The notes: generated by a model not told the origin, from the letters alone. Counted from the stretch's first letter, positions 10,662 to 21,114 are shown. The stretch: 64,000 bases of DNA from an uncultured bacterium (GCA_963705505.1 CAVPJU010000003.1:32001-96000); one strand, 5' to 3'. Program-made: numbers and translations.

Positions 10662-10730
10662 AAAGCATCCGTAGGGGGAATAACGACAGGCAGCGGTAAG
10701 GGAGATAAGCTCTAAACCCGCCCGCGGGTC

Positions 10731-11126
10731 TTATTGATCCCGAAGCTCCTTCGCCTTGAGACTCCTTACCGCGAGCTTGAGCGTGTTGAACCCCAGGTGC
10801 GCGCAGTTTGGCCTCGTGGTTACGAGCCTTTTGCCGAGTATATCGGTTATGACGTCGGGCGGCATCGCCTCTATCTCGGAGAGGGTCTTCCCCACCGCCT
10901 TCTCGAGCATGATGGATGTACCAGCCTGACTCACCATACACCCTTCGCCCTCGAAGCTCACGCGGCGCACTACTCCCTCCGCGTCCGCATCCATGTATAT
11001 GGTTACGATGTCCCCGCAGCCGGGGTTCCCGCCCTTCTGAACGACTCCCGCATTATCGATCGGGCCGTGGTTCCTCGGGTTCTTGTAGTGCTCGAGGATG
11101 AGCTCCATTAATTCATCGTGGTCCAT
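10731..11126 (-). CDS. SufU/IscU (NifU-N) family Fe-S scaffold / sulfur transfer protein
   Basis: ILEHYKNPRN.G, NPGCGD, FEGEGC.VSQA, RPNCA; three conserved Cys. Confidence 0.88.
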   Translation of the reverse strand: MDHDELMELILEHYKNPRNHGPIDNAGVVQKGGNPGCGDIVTIYMDADAEGVVRRVSFEGEGCMVSQAGTSIMLEKAVGKTLSEIEAMPPDVITDILGKRLVTTRPNCAHLGFNTLKLAVRSLKAKELRDQ

Positions 11127-11188
11127 GCTTTCTCTGTGCATCGAAGATTTATTGCCGGCAAGCGGGCCTGACGGACGGCCCATCCCGC

Positions 11189-11614
11189 CTAGTGGACGGT
11201 AACAGCCTCTTTCACCGCGCTCCTGATGCGGTTATACACCGCGGAGAGACCGAACATGCGCCTCGTGCCCAGCTTCCTGTCGAGACTCAGGCTGTGTATA
11301 AGGTTCTCGGGAGCCGATTCCAGTTCCTCGGGCGGGACGCCGCTGAACGCGTCCACGAGGAGCGAGACGAAACCCCTCACCGTCGGGGACTCCCTGGGCA
11401 CGTCCGCATAGATCCTCACCTTCCCGTCCTTAATGTCGACGAAGATAAAAACAGGGGTCTCGCATTCGGGCACGCGGTTATATCCCGCGTCCCTGGCGTC
11501 CCTGTATTCCACGGGCAGCGGAGGCAGAGACTCCGAGTAATCGAGGAGCATGGAGAGCGTCTCCTGATAATCGGCTTCCTGAAACTGCCCTATTATTTCT
11601 TCGATCCTAGTCAT
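11189..11614 (-). CDS. sufE: SufE family sulfur acceptor
   Basis: LLDY...LP.LP, VPECETPVF, SPTVRGF, RR..GL motifs. Confidence 0.88.
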   Translation of the reverse strand: MTRIEEIIGQFQEADYQETLSMLLDYSESLPPLPVEYRDARDAGYNRVPECETPVFIFVDIKDGKVRIYADVPRESPTVRGFVSLLVDAFSGVPPEELESAPENLIHSLSLDRKLGTRRMFGLSAVYNRIRSAVKEAVTVH

Positions 11615-11643
11615 GATTTCAGAATAATAATCCCGTCAGCTAT

Positions 11644-11682
11644 AAAAAAAGGGATGCATCGTTAATAGCCGAGCATCCCCTT
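11644..11682 (-). terminator. intrinsic terminator after sulfurtransferase gene
   Basis: GGGATGC...GCATCCC stem with T7 tail on the minus strand. Confidence 0.65.
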
Positions 11683-11710
11683 GATTCTAATTATAATAGT
11701 ACCTAGGAAC

Positions 11711-12556
11711 TCACGGTTTCTCGATAGGAGCCTTTACGAGGTTCCCCCACTCGGTCCATGAGCCGTCGTAGTTCCTCACCTTATCGAACCCGAGGAGGTA
11801 AATGAGAACGAACCATGTATGGGAAGACCTCTCTCCAATTCTGCAGTATGCGATAACGTCGTCTCCCTTCCTGAGCCCCTTGTCGTCTATGTATATGGAC
11901 TTGAGGTCGTCCGCGGATTTGAAAGTGCCGTCTTCCTTCACTGCGGTCGCCCACGGCACGTTCTTCGCCCCGGGGATGTGACCGCCTCTTAGCGCCCCTT
12001 CCTGCGGGTACGCCTCCATGTGGAGGAGCTCTCCCGTGAACTCCTTAGGGGAGCGCACGTCTATGAGCGGGTTCTTCGAGCTCATATGCTTCGTAACGTC
12101 GTCCCTGAAGGCGCGTATGGACTCATCTGTTCCCGAAACCTTGTAATTCGCCTTCGCGTATTTCGGGACTTCTTTCGTAAACGGCCTGCCCTCTTCGACC
12201 CACTTCTGCCTGCCGCCATTCATGATGAGGGCCTTTTTATGACCGAAGAGCTTGAATACCCAGAACGCGTAGCAGGCCCACCAGTTATTCTTGTCTCCGT
12301 AGAAGACGACCGTAGTATCGTTCGAGATACCCTTATCGGACAAGAGCTTCTCGAATTTCCCCTTATCCACATAGTCCCTGATGACCTGGTCCTGAAGGTC
12401 CGTCTGCCAGTCTATCTTGACAGCGCCTTCGATATGACCCACGTCGTATAATAGTACGTCCTCGTCTGACTCCACTATCCTTACATTCGGATCTTTAATG
12501 TGCTCCGATACCCAACCTGTGCTGACCAATACCTCCGGATGTGCGTATTCTGCCAT
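11711..12556 (-). CDS. tandem-rhodanese thiosulfate sulfurtransferase (CysA/SseA type)
   Basis: [17 protein letters not shown], active site [19 protein letters not shown]. Confidence 0.93.
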   Translation of the reverse strand: MAEYAHPEVLVSTGWVSEHIKDPNVRIVESDEDVLLYDVGHIEGAVKIDWQTDLQDQVIRDYVDKGKFEKLLSDKGISNDTTVVFYGDKNNWWACYAFWVFKLFGHKKALIMNGGRQKWVEEGRPFTKEVPKYAKANYKVSGTDESIRAFRDDVTKHMSSKNPLIDVRSPKEFTGELLHMEAYPQEGALRGGHIPGAKNVPWATAVKEDGTFKSADDLKSIYIDDKGLRKGDDVIAYCRIGERSSHTWFVLIYLLGFDKVRNYDGSWTEWGNLVKAPIEKP

Positions 12557-13225
12557 CTCTATTCTCCTTCTTACTTAATTTTTTATGATTTAGATACGGA
12601 TGAGAATTAAATCGATTCCCCCTTCTATCTATTTTATTGGTTGACGAAGATTTATTCAAGTCAGACGCCTCTTTTTAACATGCCATGTTCATTAGAATTT
12701 TGGCTGCGGGATATTCGATCGCCCGCGGCTTAATTAAAATACTCCCCTATAGCGAGCCCGAAAATCCACGCAGCCGTGTTTCGGTCCAGCTTCACAGCTC
12801 CGCTCCGTATCAGCAATCTGAATGAAAGCTCGCAGCATCTTGTCGTTTGCATCCCGGTATGCCCGCGATACCCGAATGGCAAACGCCGTGCCATGAATCG
12901 GGTTATTTAATGTTCATGGGCAGTTATGCATTCATGTGGTCAGCTTCGCGGACGATTCGCATACATCTCCGTGTTATTTCCGAACCACCTGTATAAAACT
13001 TATACTGCAAACGCCAAATCCGATTCCGATGCCGCGCCGTTATCGTTATGGCTTCCGCCCTGAATGCCTTGCGCTCATTTCAAGGCATTAATGCCCGTGA
13101 GGTCATGCACACCGGGCAGGAAAAAAGGGTGTTCTTTCATTCGCTGTTTTGTGCTATTATGTAATAAGATGGGCATTTAATAATTTAAACCGCGGTAAAA
13201 AAATTTAATAAGGGGGTGAGCATCC

Positions 13226-13684
13226 ATGTTAGAAGAATTAAAAGTGCGTGACTTGATCGGCGCGAGAGACAGGGTCTTTTTTGTGGATGCTGAAGACACG
13301 GCAGACGTCGCTGCGCTAAAACTCCGGAATTTCAAGGTGAGGACCACGGGTGTAATGAAGGCGGGCCAGATCGTCGGCGTCGTGGGGCATTCGGATTTCG
13401 CTACCAAGATAGTGGCGCTCGGCAAGAAGCCCTCCGAGGTCAGGATCGCGGAAGTCATGAGCGACGTCTTTCATACAGTCACTCTCGACACCTCTTTTTA
13501 CGAATGCCTCGACCTCATGAACGAGCACACGATCTCTCACCTCTTCATACTCGACCCCGACGGCGAATACTACGGCATGCTCGCGTGGAGCGACCTGCAG
13601 CGGATACTCGTAAAAGAGCTCAAGTACCAGCTCAAGGTAGCCCAGGAATACGCGTTCGGTCCCCATGTAGTAATCTCGAGATAA
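13226..13684 (+). CDS. CBS domain pair protein
   Basis: KVRDL, IVGVV...D, I.EVMS, ISHL.ILD..G...GML...DL. Confidence 0.85.
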   Translation: MLEELKVRDLIGARDRVFFVDAEDTADVAALKLRNFKVRTTGVMKAGQIVGVVGHSDFATKIVALGKKPSEVRIAEVMSDVFHTVTLDTSFYECLDLMNEHTISHLFILDPDGEYYGMLAWSDLQRILVKELKYQLKVAQEYAFGPHVVISR

Positions 13685-13745
13685 TGCGATATGATCTTCA
13701 CGCAGCCGGGCTCGATCGATAAAAGCCGACTAAAGCGGAGAATGA

Positions 13746-14018
13746 ATGACTGTAGAAAAAAACACCGAGGAAATAAGGGAGAAGGCGGAAGCCGTAGAGA
13801 GGGAAGTACGGGCCAAGGAAGCTGAAACCGCCCGGAAAGTGCGGGAAGCGGGCAAACACACGCAAAAAAAAGGACTGATGCAAAGAAGGGAGAGCTTCGC
13901 CCAGTCGAGCGTACCCAACTCCCACAGGGGCTACAGCGGCAAGCCGCCCCGTGTCATGATGGTCATAATAGTGACAATGTTCATCGTCAGCTTCATACTG
14001 GCCGCAATCACCGGCTGA
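13746..14018 (+). CDS. hypothetical small membrane-anchored protein
   Basis: Charged helical N-terminus, C-terminal TM helix; GGAG RBS. Confidence 0.6.
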   Translation: MTVEKNTEEIREKAEAVEREVRAKEAETARKVREAGKHTQKKGLMQRRESFAQSSVPNSHRGYSGKPPRVMMVIIVTMFIVSFILAAITG

Positions 14019-14219
14019 TTGATTTTCCCGATCAAAACAATCTTTCCCCTTGACCGAATGCCTTAATCAGGAACCAATATCTTTATTCCTTCCCGTTTAT
14101 ATAAAAACCTGAATCCCCTTTTACGAAAGGGGAAAATCCCACTCGACTTCCGCCGGCGGAAGAAACAACAGAACCCCGTGCCCGGAATTGAAGACCGCCC
14201 TCCCCTACAGCCGCACACT

Positions 14220-16031
14220 CTAGTTCATGCCGTCTGCAATCTCACCCACGAGCGCTACAAGGTGATGGCCGGGCTGGGGAGCGGGCGGGTTATCGTGAGC
14301 GAAAGCCAGCAGCTCGCCGTTTTCCTTTATAAGGAATAGCGGCATCGCCTTATCGCCGTAGTGAGTCCTGAACGCATCGTAATTAAACTCCGCGGTGAGG
14401 TGCGTCTTCTTTATCACGGCGCCCGAGCCGAACTTTATCGAAATATTCTCGTACGTCGCCTCGGGGCCGAACAGGAACCTCCCCGATAATTCCGAAACAG
14501 CATCATCGTCCGACGCGGGTTTGCGGCCCGATTGCCTGGTGAGCTGATAGACCTGCGAGCGGCCGAAGGACTCGATGAAGCTCAGCGCCGCAAGCGAATT
14601 CACCTCGTCGTTCGAAGTGACGGCGAGGAGCTTCCCTATTCCCTCGCAGTCAATGTGCTCGGAAACGTTATCGAGAATTATATTTTTATAATACGCCTTG
14701 AGACCGTCCTGGTGCGCCGAGGAAATATTCGTCCAGTTGGAATCGACGAGAGACACCTTGAAGCCGTTATCATGAAGGCACTTCGCTATCGCCCTCGCCC
14801 ACGAATGGGCGCCGATGAATAACACTCCCTGAGGATTGGGCTTCGCGATGCCGAGCCTCCTTGCCAGAGTGGGCGCTGTCAAACCGTAAATGAGCACTGT
14901 CGCGGTGATAACGAGGAACGTGATACTGACCAGATGATCCGCTTGCGGAAACCCGTCCTGCGTGAGCCTCAGACCGAATACCGAAGCCACGGAAGCCGCC
15001 ACGATGCCGCGGGGCGCCATCCACGAGAGAAACAGCTTCTCATTAAACTTTAAACCGCTCCTGCGGGTTGACAGGAAAACGCAGAGCGGCCTCGCGATAA
15101 AAAACAAGACCCCCAGGAACAGCGCGCTCTTCCAATTAAGCACGTATTTCAGGTCATTGAGAGTGAGCCTCGAAGCCAGGATAATGAAGAGGCTCGAAAT
15201 GAAGAGCACGCGCAGGGTCTCCTTGAATTCCATAATGCGCTTTATGCTTACCGTCTTCTGGTTCGCGAGGACGATGCCCATTATCGTGACAGTGATGAAT
15301 CCGGACTCACTCTGCATATAGTCCGATGCCGTGAATGCGGCGATGAGGATCATGAGCGTGACGGGGCTCTGAAGGTAGTCGGGCACCCAGTACCTCTTCA
15401 ATATATGGATCAATATCCGCGCGCCGGCTATGCCGATGAAACCGCCGACGGCAAATGTCTTGAGGACGCTCCAGCCGACCCGTTCCGTTGCCTCTATGAC
15501 CCCGCCCGCGATTATAGCGTGGAATACAAGCACGGCGAGGAGCGCTCCTATCGGGTCGATGACTATCCCTTCCCATTTCATTATGGAGCCTATTTTTCCC
15601 GAAGCCCTTATTTCACGCAGAAGCGGCATGATTACAGTCGGCCCTGTGACGACGAGAATAGCGCCGAGCAGGGCGGCGATGCGATGGTCGAGCCCGAAGA
15701 GGAAATAAGCCGCTACTGCGGCGACCGCCCATGTGACGCAAACCCCGATAGTCACGAGGCTCACGACCACACCCCTGATCTCCCGGAGCTCCGAGAATTT
15801 GAGGTTCATCCCGCCTTCGAACAATATCACTGCAACGAAGACCGAGACCACGGGCAGGAGCGTGTCGCCGAATATCTTGTCGGGGTCGATAAAACCCGTG
15901 ACCGGGCCGGCTATGAAACCCGACGCGAGGAGGAGCAGTATGGCAGGCACGCCTAACCGCCAGGAAACCCAGTAGGCCCCTACGCCGAGCACTATTATTA
16001 CCGCGAACCCGAGTAAAAAACCTTCATCCAT
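14220..16031 (-). CDS. CPA1 cation:proton antiporter with C-terminal TrkA-N-like domain
   Basis: ILFEGG, VTGPTVI.P, WEGIVIDP.G, APRGIVAAS, GVLFIGA. Confidence 0.9.
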   Translation of the reverse strand: MDEGFLLGFAVIIVLGVGAYWVSWRLGVPAILLLLASGFIAGPVTGFIDPDKIFGDTLLPVVSVFVAVILFEGGMNLKFSELREIRGVVVSLVTIGVCVTWAVAAVAAYFLFGLDHRIAALLGAILVVTGPTVIMPLLREIRASGKIGSIMKWEGIVIDPIGALLAVLVFHAIIAGGVIEATERVGWSVLKTFAVGGFIGIAGARILIHILKRYWVPDYLQSPVTLMILIAAFTASDYMQSESGFITVTIMGIVLANQKTVSIKRIMEFKETLRVLFISSLFIILASRLTLNDLKYVLNWKSALFLGVLFFIARPLCVFLSTRRSGLKFNEKLFLSWMAPRGIVAASVASVFGLRLTQDGFPQADHLVSITFLVITATVLIYGLTAPTLARRLGIAKPNPQGVLFIGAHSWARAIAKCLHDNGFKVSLVDSNWTNISSAHQDGLKAYYKNIILDNVSEHIDCEGIGKLLAVTSNDEVNSLAALSFIESFGRSQVYQLTRQSGRKPASDDDAVSELSGRFLFGPEATYENISIKFGSGAVIKKTHLTAEFNYDAFRTHYGDKAMPLFLIKENGELLAFAHDNPPAPQPGHHLVALVGEIADGMN

Positions 16032-16264
16032 ACGGAATCCCCGGGGCTACCACGCGTATTTATCCTGCGCTATCATGAGAAATATCCCCTGACCTGCTGT
16101 GAAGGAAGAGCTCGACAGGTCTTACCTAATTTTAAGAAAGTTTTAGTATTTACGCCAGTGGTAATTTCACGACGAGGGCAAAGAGCTGCACGGCCGGTAA
16201 ATTACCTTCCGGTGATTACGGTTTATAATTCCGGGCCCGTCAGGAATACTAAATAGGGCTTGAT

Positions 16265-17587
16265 ATGACAAACAAGGGAGAGTCAGGACACCATGTCGTT
16301 ATACTCGGAGGCGGTTTCGGCGGACTTTATGCCGCAAAGGCGCTCTCGCGCGCGGGCATAAAGGTAACCCTCATAGACAAGAGGAACTTCCACCTCTTCC
16401 AGCCGCTCCTCTATCAGGTGGCCGCAGGCTGGCTCTCCCCGGGCGAGATAGCCTCGCCGCTGCGCATGGTGCTCAACAGGTTTAAAAACACCTGCGTATT
16501 CCAGGCCTTAGTGACCGACATATTGCCCGATAAAAAGGAGGTCGTGCTCAAAGACGGGAAGATCGGATACGATACGCTTATTGTCGCGACCGGGTCGAGC
16601 CACCATTATTTCGGACACGAGGAGTGGGCTAAGACCGCGCCCGGGCTTAAGACAGTCGAAGACGCTCTCGAGATGAGGAGAAAGATACTCCTCTCGTTCG
16701 AGGCCGCCGAGCGGGAGCCCGACCCCGCTATTCAAAAAGAGTGGATGACTTTCCTCATCGTCGGTGCAGGCCCCACCGGCGTAGAGCTTGCCGGGACTAT
16801 CGGGGAGCTCACACGCACGACGCTCAAGAACGACTTCAGGAATATCGATACCGGGCAGGCGGAGATCATACTCGTCGAAGGCCGGGACCACGTCCTCCCC
16901 GCCTACCCCGCCCAACTATCGGAGAAGGCGGAGAAAGCGCTCGGCAAATTGGGTGTCAAGATAAGGCTCGACACCATGGTCACGGAGATAAAGGGGAATA
17001 AAGTGATAATAAGCAGGAACGGCGCCCGGGAGGAGATACAGTCGAGGACCATACTCTGGACAGCGGGAGTAAAGGCGTCCCCTCTCGGCAGAGTGCTCCA
17101 TGAAAGAGCCGGAGCGGCGCTCGATAACGGCGGGAGGGTCATCGTCGGGCCCGATCTCACCGTCCCCGGTCACCCGGACATATTCGTCATAGGGGACCTC
17201 GCCAACTTCCCTCACCAGGGCGGAGAGCCGCTGCCCGGAGTCGCCCCGGTCGCGATGCAGGAAGGGAGATACGTCGCGGAGCTGATCGTAAACAGGCTCG
17301 CCGGGAAAGAAACGGAGCCGTTTAAGTACGTGAATAAGGGGAACCTCGCGGTCATAGGGAGGAACGCCGCCGTAGCCGACCTCCCGTGGATGAGGCTCTC
17401 CGGCTTCCCGGCGTGGCTGATTTGGGCATTCGTCCACATAAGCTACCTCATCGAATTCGACAACAAGGTGCTCGTACTCTTCCAGTGGGCGTGGAATTAC
17501 TTCACGAGGAAAAGGGGAGTGAGGCTGATTACGGGCGAGAACCCGTCCTCGCTCATCGAGAATAAAAACGGGAAGGCCACTCAGTGA
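16265..17587 (+). CDS. ndh: type II NADH:quinone oxidoreductase
   Basis: GGGFGG, HLFQPLLYQVA, GAGPTGVELAG, IGD, PGVAPVAMQEG. Confidence 0.92.
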   Translation: MTNKGESGHHVVILGGGFGGLYAAKALSRAGIKVTLIDKRNFHLFQPLLYQVAAGWLSPGEIASPLRMVLNRFKNTCVFQALVTDILPDKKEVVLKDGKIGYDTLIVATGSSHHYFGHEEWAKTAPGLKTVEDALEMRRKILLSFEAAEREPDPAIQKEWMTFLIVGAGPTGVELAGTIGELTRTTLKNDFRNIDTGQAEIILVEGRDHVLPAYPAQLSEKAEKALGKLGVKIRLDTMVTEIKGNKVIISRNGAREEIQSRTILWTAGVKASPLGRVLHERAGAALDNGGRVIVGPDLTVPGHPDIFVIGDLANFPHQGGEPLPGVAPVAMQEGRYVAELIVNRLAGKETEPFKYVNKGNLAVIGRNAAVADLPWMRLSGFPAWLIWAFVHISYLIEFDNKVLVLFQWAWNYFTRKRGVRLITGENPSSLIENKNGKATQ

Positions 17588-17615
17588 CCGGATTTATAAG
17601 AGGGTTGAGCCGAGC

Positions 17616-18101
17616 TCAGAATTCTCTCCTTCCGAACCCGAACTTCCTCTCCATGTACACGACGCCCCTCAGCGTGGCGAGGGCGATGACGGTAACCCCG
17701 ATGGCCAATAGAATTTTCGAGAGAGCGACGCATATACCGACAGCCGCGACGAAGAGAAGTGCGGCTGCCGTAGTGAGGCCCTTTACCTTGTCCTCAGAGC
17801 CACGCCTGATGATTGTGCCGGCCCCGAGAAAGCTCACGCCCGTAATTATCGCCCCTATGATTCGGAGCGGGTCCGAGCCCAGAGCTACATCACTTAAACC
17901 GAATTGCGGCACCATAAGCTTGCCCAACGACACTAACAGGGCGGCAGAGCCCGCGACGAGCATGTGTGTCCTCAATCCGGCGGGCTTATCCGCAAGCTCG
18001 CGGTCAAGGCCCACGGCAGCTCCCAGCAGCATCGATATGACTACGTAGAGCAGTATTTTTAGCTGAACGGGATTGAAGTCAAATAATCCGGTTATCTCCA
18101 T
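17616..18101 (-). CDS. MgtC/SapB family membrane protein
   Basis: KPAGLRTHMLV, DPLRI, GVSFLGAG, GLTTAA. Confidence 0.92.
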   Translation of the reverse strand: MEITGLFDFNPVQLKILLYVVISMLLGAAVGLDRELADKPAGLRTHMLVAGSAALLVSLGKLMVPQFGLSDVALGSDPLRIIGAIITGVSFLGAGTIIRRGSEDKVKGLTTAAALLFVAAVGICVALSKILLAIGVTVIALATLRGVVYMERKFGFGRREF

Positions 18102-18146
18102 ATTTATGCGCCATGCAACACGGCAGGAATAAAAAAGCCGGTGATG

Positions 18147-18464
18147 TTACTCTCTGTCCAGAAGCTTTCCCGCCAGAACCCCCAGCAGGAAAGCGACCAA
18201 TACGCTCACGAAAGGCTTCTCCGCGATCCTCCGCTCCGCTTTCCCGATCTTGTCCCCGCCTATCCTGCGGGCCGTATCGAGCCCTCCGCCAAGCTCATCA
18301 TAAAGCCTCGACGCCTCCCGTCCGAGCTTCTTATTCCCGGAGGCGTACGCTTTCCGACTCACCTTGAGGAGTCTGTCCGTTATATTGGAGAATTCCGCAC
18401 GGAGTTTGGCGACGTCTTCTCTCAGCACATCGATATTCTCTTTTATGCGGCCGTTATGTTCCAT
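18147..18464 (-). CDS. DUF883/YqjD/ElaB-like membrane-anchored protein
   Basis: Helical N-part and terminal KPF.SVL.AF..G...G.LL; RBS GAGGGAG before ATG 18464. Confidence 0.75.
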   Translation of the reverse strand: MEHNGRIKENIDVLREDVAKLRAEFSNITDRLLKVSRKAYASGNKKLGREASRLYDELGGGLDTARRIGGDKIGKAERRIAEKPFVSVLVAFLLGVLAGKLLDRE

Positions 18465-18623
18465 TATTTTCTCCCTCTTACTAATCAGTATGGAACTTCG
18501 AGTCATGAGTGTCAAGAAAAATTAAGTGAGGCAGGGGGATTAAGGGGCGGAGGGTTAAAGGCTGCGAAATGCAGGGCTTGCAGAGGAGTAACGAAGATAT
18601 CGTAGATGTGTGTAGAGTCTTCG

Positions 18624-18679
18624 CCCTTCGACAGGCTCCCGACTTCGCTAAAGCTACGCCGGACAAGCAGGACGAACGG
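18624..18679 (+). repeat. REP-like unit interrupted by a second REP-like unit
   Basis: CCCTTCGACAGGCTC [CCGACTTCGCTAAAGCTACGCCGGACAAGC] AGGACGAACGG; compare intact copy at 6269. Confidence 0.65.
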
Positions 18680-18797
18680 ACCGGACTTCGGTTGCTGGCT
18701 GAGGCAATGGAGCAAGGTAGAAACCGTAAAAGGACACTATGTGTCTGTGTTTGACTTTAGCCAAGATTATCTGTACTTTATTGATTGAGGAGCGTAT

Positions 18798-19040
18798 ATG
18801 ATAGGCGGACTTGGCATTTGGGAATTATTAATAATACTTGTGATTCTCCTGTTGATTTTCGGGCCCAGCAGGCTCGGGGATCTCGGGTCTTCACTCGGGA
18901 AGGGGATAAGGGGTTTCAGGAAATCCATGAAGGACGATGAAATAGACGTCACTCCCAAAAAGGAAGACTCGAAACAGATAAACGACCCTGACCTAGAGAC
19001 CACGGGCACACCTTCCGAAAGCAAAAAGAACGTACAATAA
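18798..19040 (+). CDS. tatA: twin-arginine translocase subunit TatA
   Basis: GLGIWELLIIL..LLLIFGP..L..LG..LG.GI..F.K. Confidence 0.92.
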   Translation: MIGGLGIWELLIILVILLLIFGPSRLGDLGSSLGKGIRGFRKSMKDDEIDVTPKKEDSKQINDPDLETTGTPSESKKNVQ

Positions 19041-19200
19041 TCCCACTAGACTAACGGATTAATAAAGTTGTATAATTATTAACTGCCGTAGCTCTTCGTG
19101 GCGGTAGACTGCGGCATGATCCGTCTGAACCCGGCACTCCGGGAACGGATATCAAAATATACAAATAACGATTAAGTTTCGTTCTGTTTACGGCGGGATT

Positions 19201-19671
19201 ATGCAATCAGATTGTCCTATTGATAAGCCGAAGCCAGACCAGAGAGATCTGTATATATACAATCTTCTCGAATTGGTCTGTATTTCGCTGATAATCCTGA
19301 CCGGACCCGTAATCGCGACCCACCCGGTGCTGATTTTTATCGAAATTTCGAGTATATGGCTAGTGCTGTGGGTGGTCTGGACACACAGGGTAAGTAAATT
19401 CTATATATCCACGGACCTGCCGTCCAGGACCAGGTTCGTAGCCAAAGGGCCTTACTATTTGGTAAGGTACCCGATGTACACCGCTCTCCTCCTCATAACC
19501 CTCGTCCTTATACTCGATCATTTTGAAACCTACAGGCTCGCGCTCTGGTTTATACTGCTCGTGGTGTTCCTGATGGATATAAGGTTCGAGGAGAAGGTTT
19601 TTTCTTCCTATTTCAGCGACTATTCGCTCTACAGGGACAGCACCTACCGTCTCGTGCCTTATGTGTATTGA
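19201..19671 (+). CDS. ICMT/PEMT family membrane methyltransferase
   Basis: GPY.LVRYPMY, EEK, Y..Y...T.RLVP. Confidence 0.8.
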   Translation: MQSDCPIDKPKPDQRDLYIYNLLELVCISLIILTGPVIATHPVLIFIEISSIWLVLWVVWTHRVSKFYISTDLPSRTRFVAKGPYYLVRYPMYTALLLITLVLILDHFETYRLALWFILLVVFLMDIRFEEKVFSSYFSDYSLYRDSTYRLVPYVY

Positions 19672-19720
19672 TGGGCGACGGAAGGTCGGTAGAAACCGTA
19701 CATGAGCGCAGATTCTGCGC

Positions 19721-19806
19721 CCGTTCATCCCGAGGAATTAGCCTGTCCTGAGCTTGTCGCTCGTCCCGGCGAAGTCCCGGGCCGGAGCCGGGAAGGGTCG
19801 AAGGAT
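19721..19806 (-). repeat. nested REP-like composite
   Basis: Minus strand: ATCCTTCGA-CCCTTC[33-nt GC-rich insert]GACAAGCTCAGGACAGGC-...CTCGGGATGAACGG. Confidence 0.6.
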
Positions 19807-19824
19807 AGATGATAGGATGTGGTG

Positions 19825-21114
19825 TTAAGCCCACTCCCCCATGGACTTCCTTTCGAAGGGGCACCTGCCGAGCTTTACGTGCTCCTCGAACTCATGGCGG
19901 AATTTCTTCACTATAGACTCGACGGGCATCGCGCATCCGTCGGCGAGAGCGCAGATCGTCGTCCCCCTCATCTGAAAACACGCGTCGAGAAGCGTGTCTA
20001 TGTGCTCCATCCTCCCCTTCCCCTCTTCTATCGTCGTGAGCATCTTCTCTAACCACCACGTACCTTCCCTGCACTGTACGCACTGGCCGCAGGACTCGTC
20101 CCTGTAGAAGTGCGCGAGGTTCTGAGCGACCCTGACCATGCAGGTGGAATCGTCCATCACCGTCACGCCCGCAGTGCCGAGCATCGAGCCGACAGCCGCG
20201 AGGGAATCGAAGTCCATCGTCATATCGAGCTCGTCAGCGGTAAGGACGGAAGCGGAAGAGCCTCCCGGAGAGACCGCTTTCACGCTCCTGCCTTTGGGTA
20301 TGCCTTCGCCGTACTCATTGATAAGCTCGCGCAGCGTAATACCGAGAGGCAGCTCGTAGAGTCCGGGCTTGTTGATGTTGCCGCAGAGGCCGTAGATCTT
20401 GGTGCCCGTGTTCTTGGGTATGCCTATCGAAGAAAACCATTCGGCGCCCCTGTTGATAATGTGCGGGACGCATGCGAGCGTCTCGACGTTGTTTATGATG
20501 GTCGGGCATCCGAAGAGGCCTATCTGCGCGGGGAACGGAGGCTTGGGCCTCGGCTCGCCGTTCTTTCCCTCTATGGATTCGAGGAGTCCCGTCTCCTCGC
20601 CGCAAATATATGCGCCCGCGCCCCTGAAGAGCACGACGTCGAGGTCAAAGCCCGAGTTGAGTATGTTCTTCCCGAGATACCCCTTGTCGTACGCCTCCCT
20701 GATCGCACCCTCTACGATCTTCGCGCCGTAGGGCATCTCTCCCCTGATGTATATGTAGGACTTGTGCGAATTGATCGTGTAGCAGCCGATTATAATCCCT
20801 TCCAGCATCTGGTGAGGGTCCTGCTCCAGTATTTCCCTGTCCTTGAAGCTGCCGGGCTCGCTCTCGTCCGCGTTGCAGCAGAGATAAATAGGCTTTTTGG
20901 AATCCCTCTGTATGAAGCCCCACTTCACCCCGGTCGGGAACCCTGCCCCTCCCCGTCCCCTGAGCCCCGCTTTCTTTATCTCCTCCACTATCTCCCCGGG
21001 CTGCATCTTGAGCGCCTTCGGGAGCGCCGTGTAGCCTCCGCGGGAGATGTAGGAGCTGATCGTATGTGAATCCGGCACATCGACGTACGTGCGTATTATT
21101 CTCAATTCGGGCAT
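19825..21114 (-). CDS. nuoF: NADH-quinone oxidoreductase subunit F
   Basis: GLRGRGGAGFPTG.KW, NADESEPG, GAGAYICGEET, ESCGQC.QCREG, TICAL. Confidence 0.95.
   Translation of the reverse strand: MPELRIIRTYVDVPDSHTISSYISRGGYTALPKALKMQPGEIVEEIKKAGLRGRGGAGFPTGVKWGFIQRDSKKPIYLCCNADESEPGSFKDREILEQDPHQMLEGIIIGCYTINSHKSYIYIRGEMPYGAKIVEGAIREAYDKGYLGKNILNSGFDLDVVLFRGAGAYICGEETGLLESIEGKNGEPRPKPPFPAQIGLFGCPTIINNVETLACVPHIINRGAEWFSSIGIPKNTGTKIYGLCGNINKPGLYELPLGITLRELINEYGEGIPKGRSVKAVSPGGSSASVLTADELDMTMDFDSLAAVGSMLGTAGVTVMDDSTCMVRVAQNLAHFYRDESCGQCVQCREGTWWLEKMLTTIEEGKGRMEHIDTLLDACFQMRGTTICALADGCAMPVESIVKKFRHEFEEHVKLGRCPFERKSMGEWA

Noticed and set aside
16118..16146. Third TAAAACTTT as an ECF promoter upstream of the antiporter
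   Set aside because: No CGTA at the 16-nt spacing
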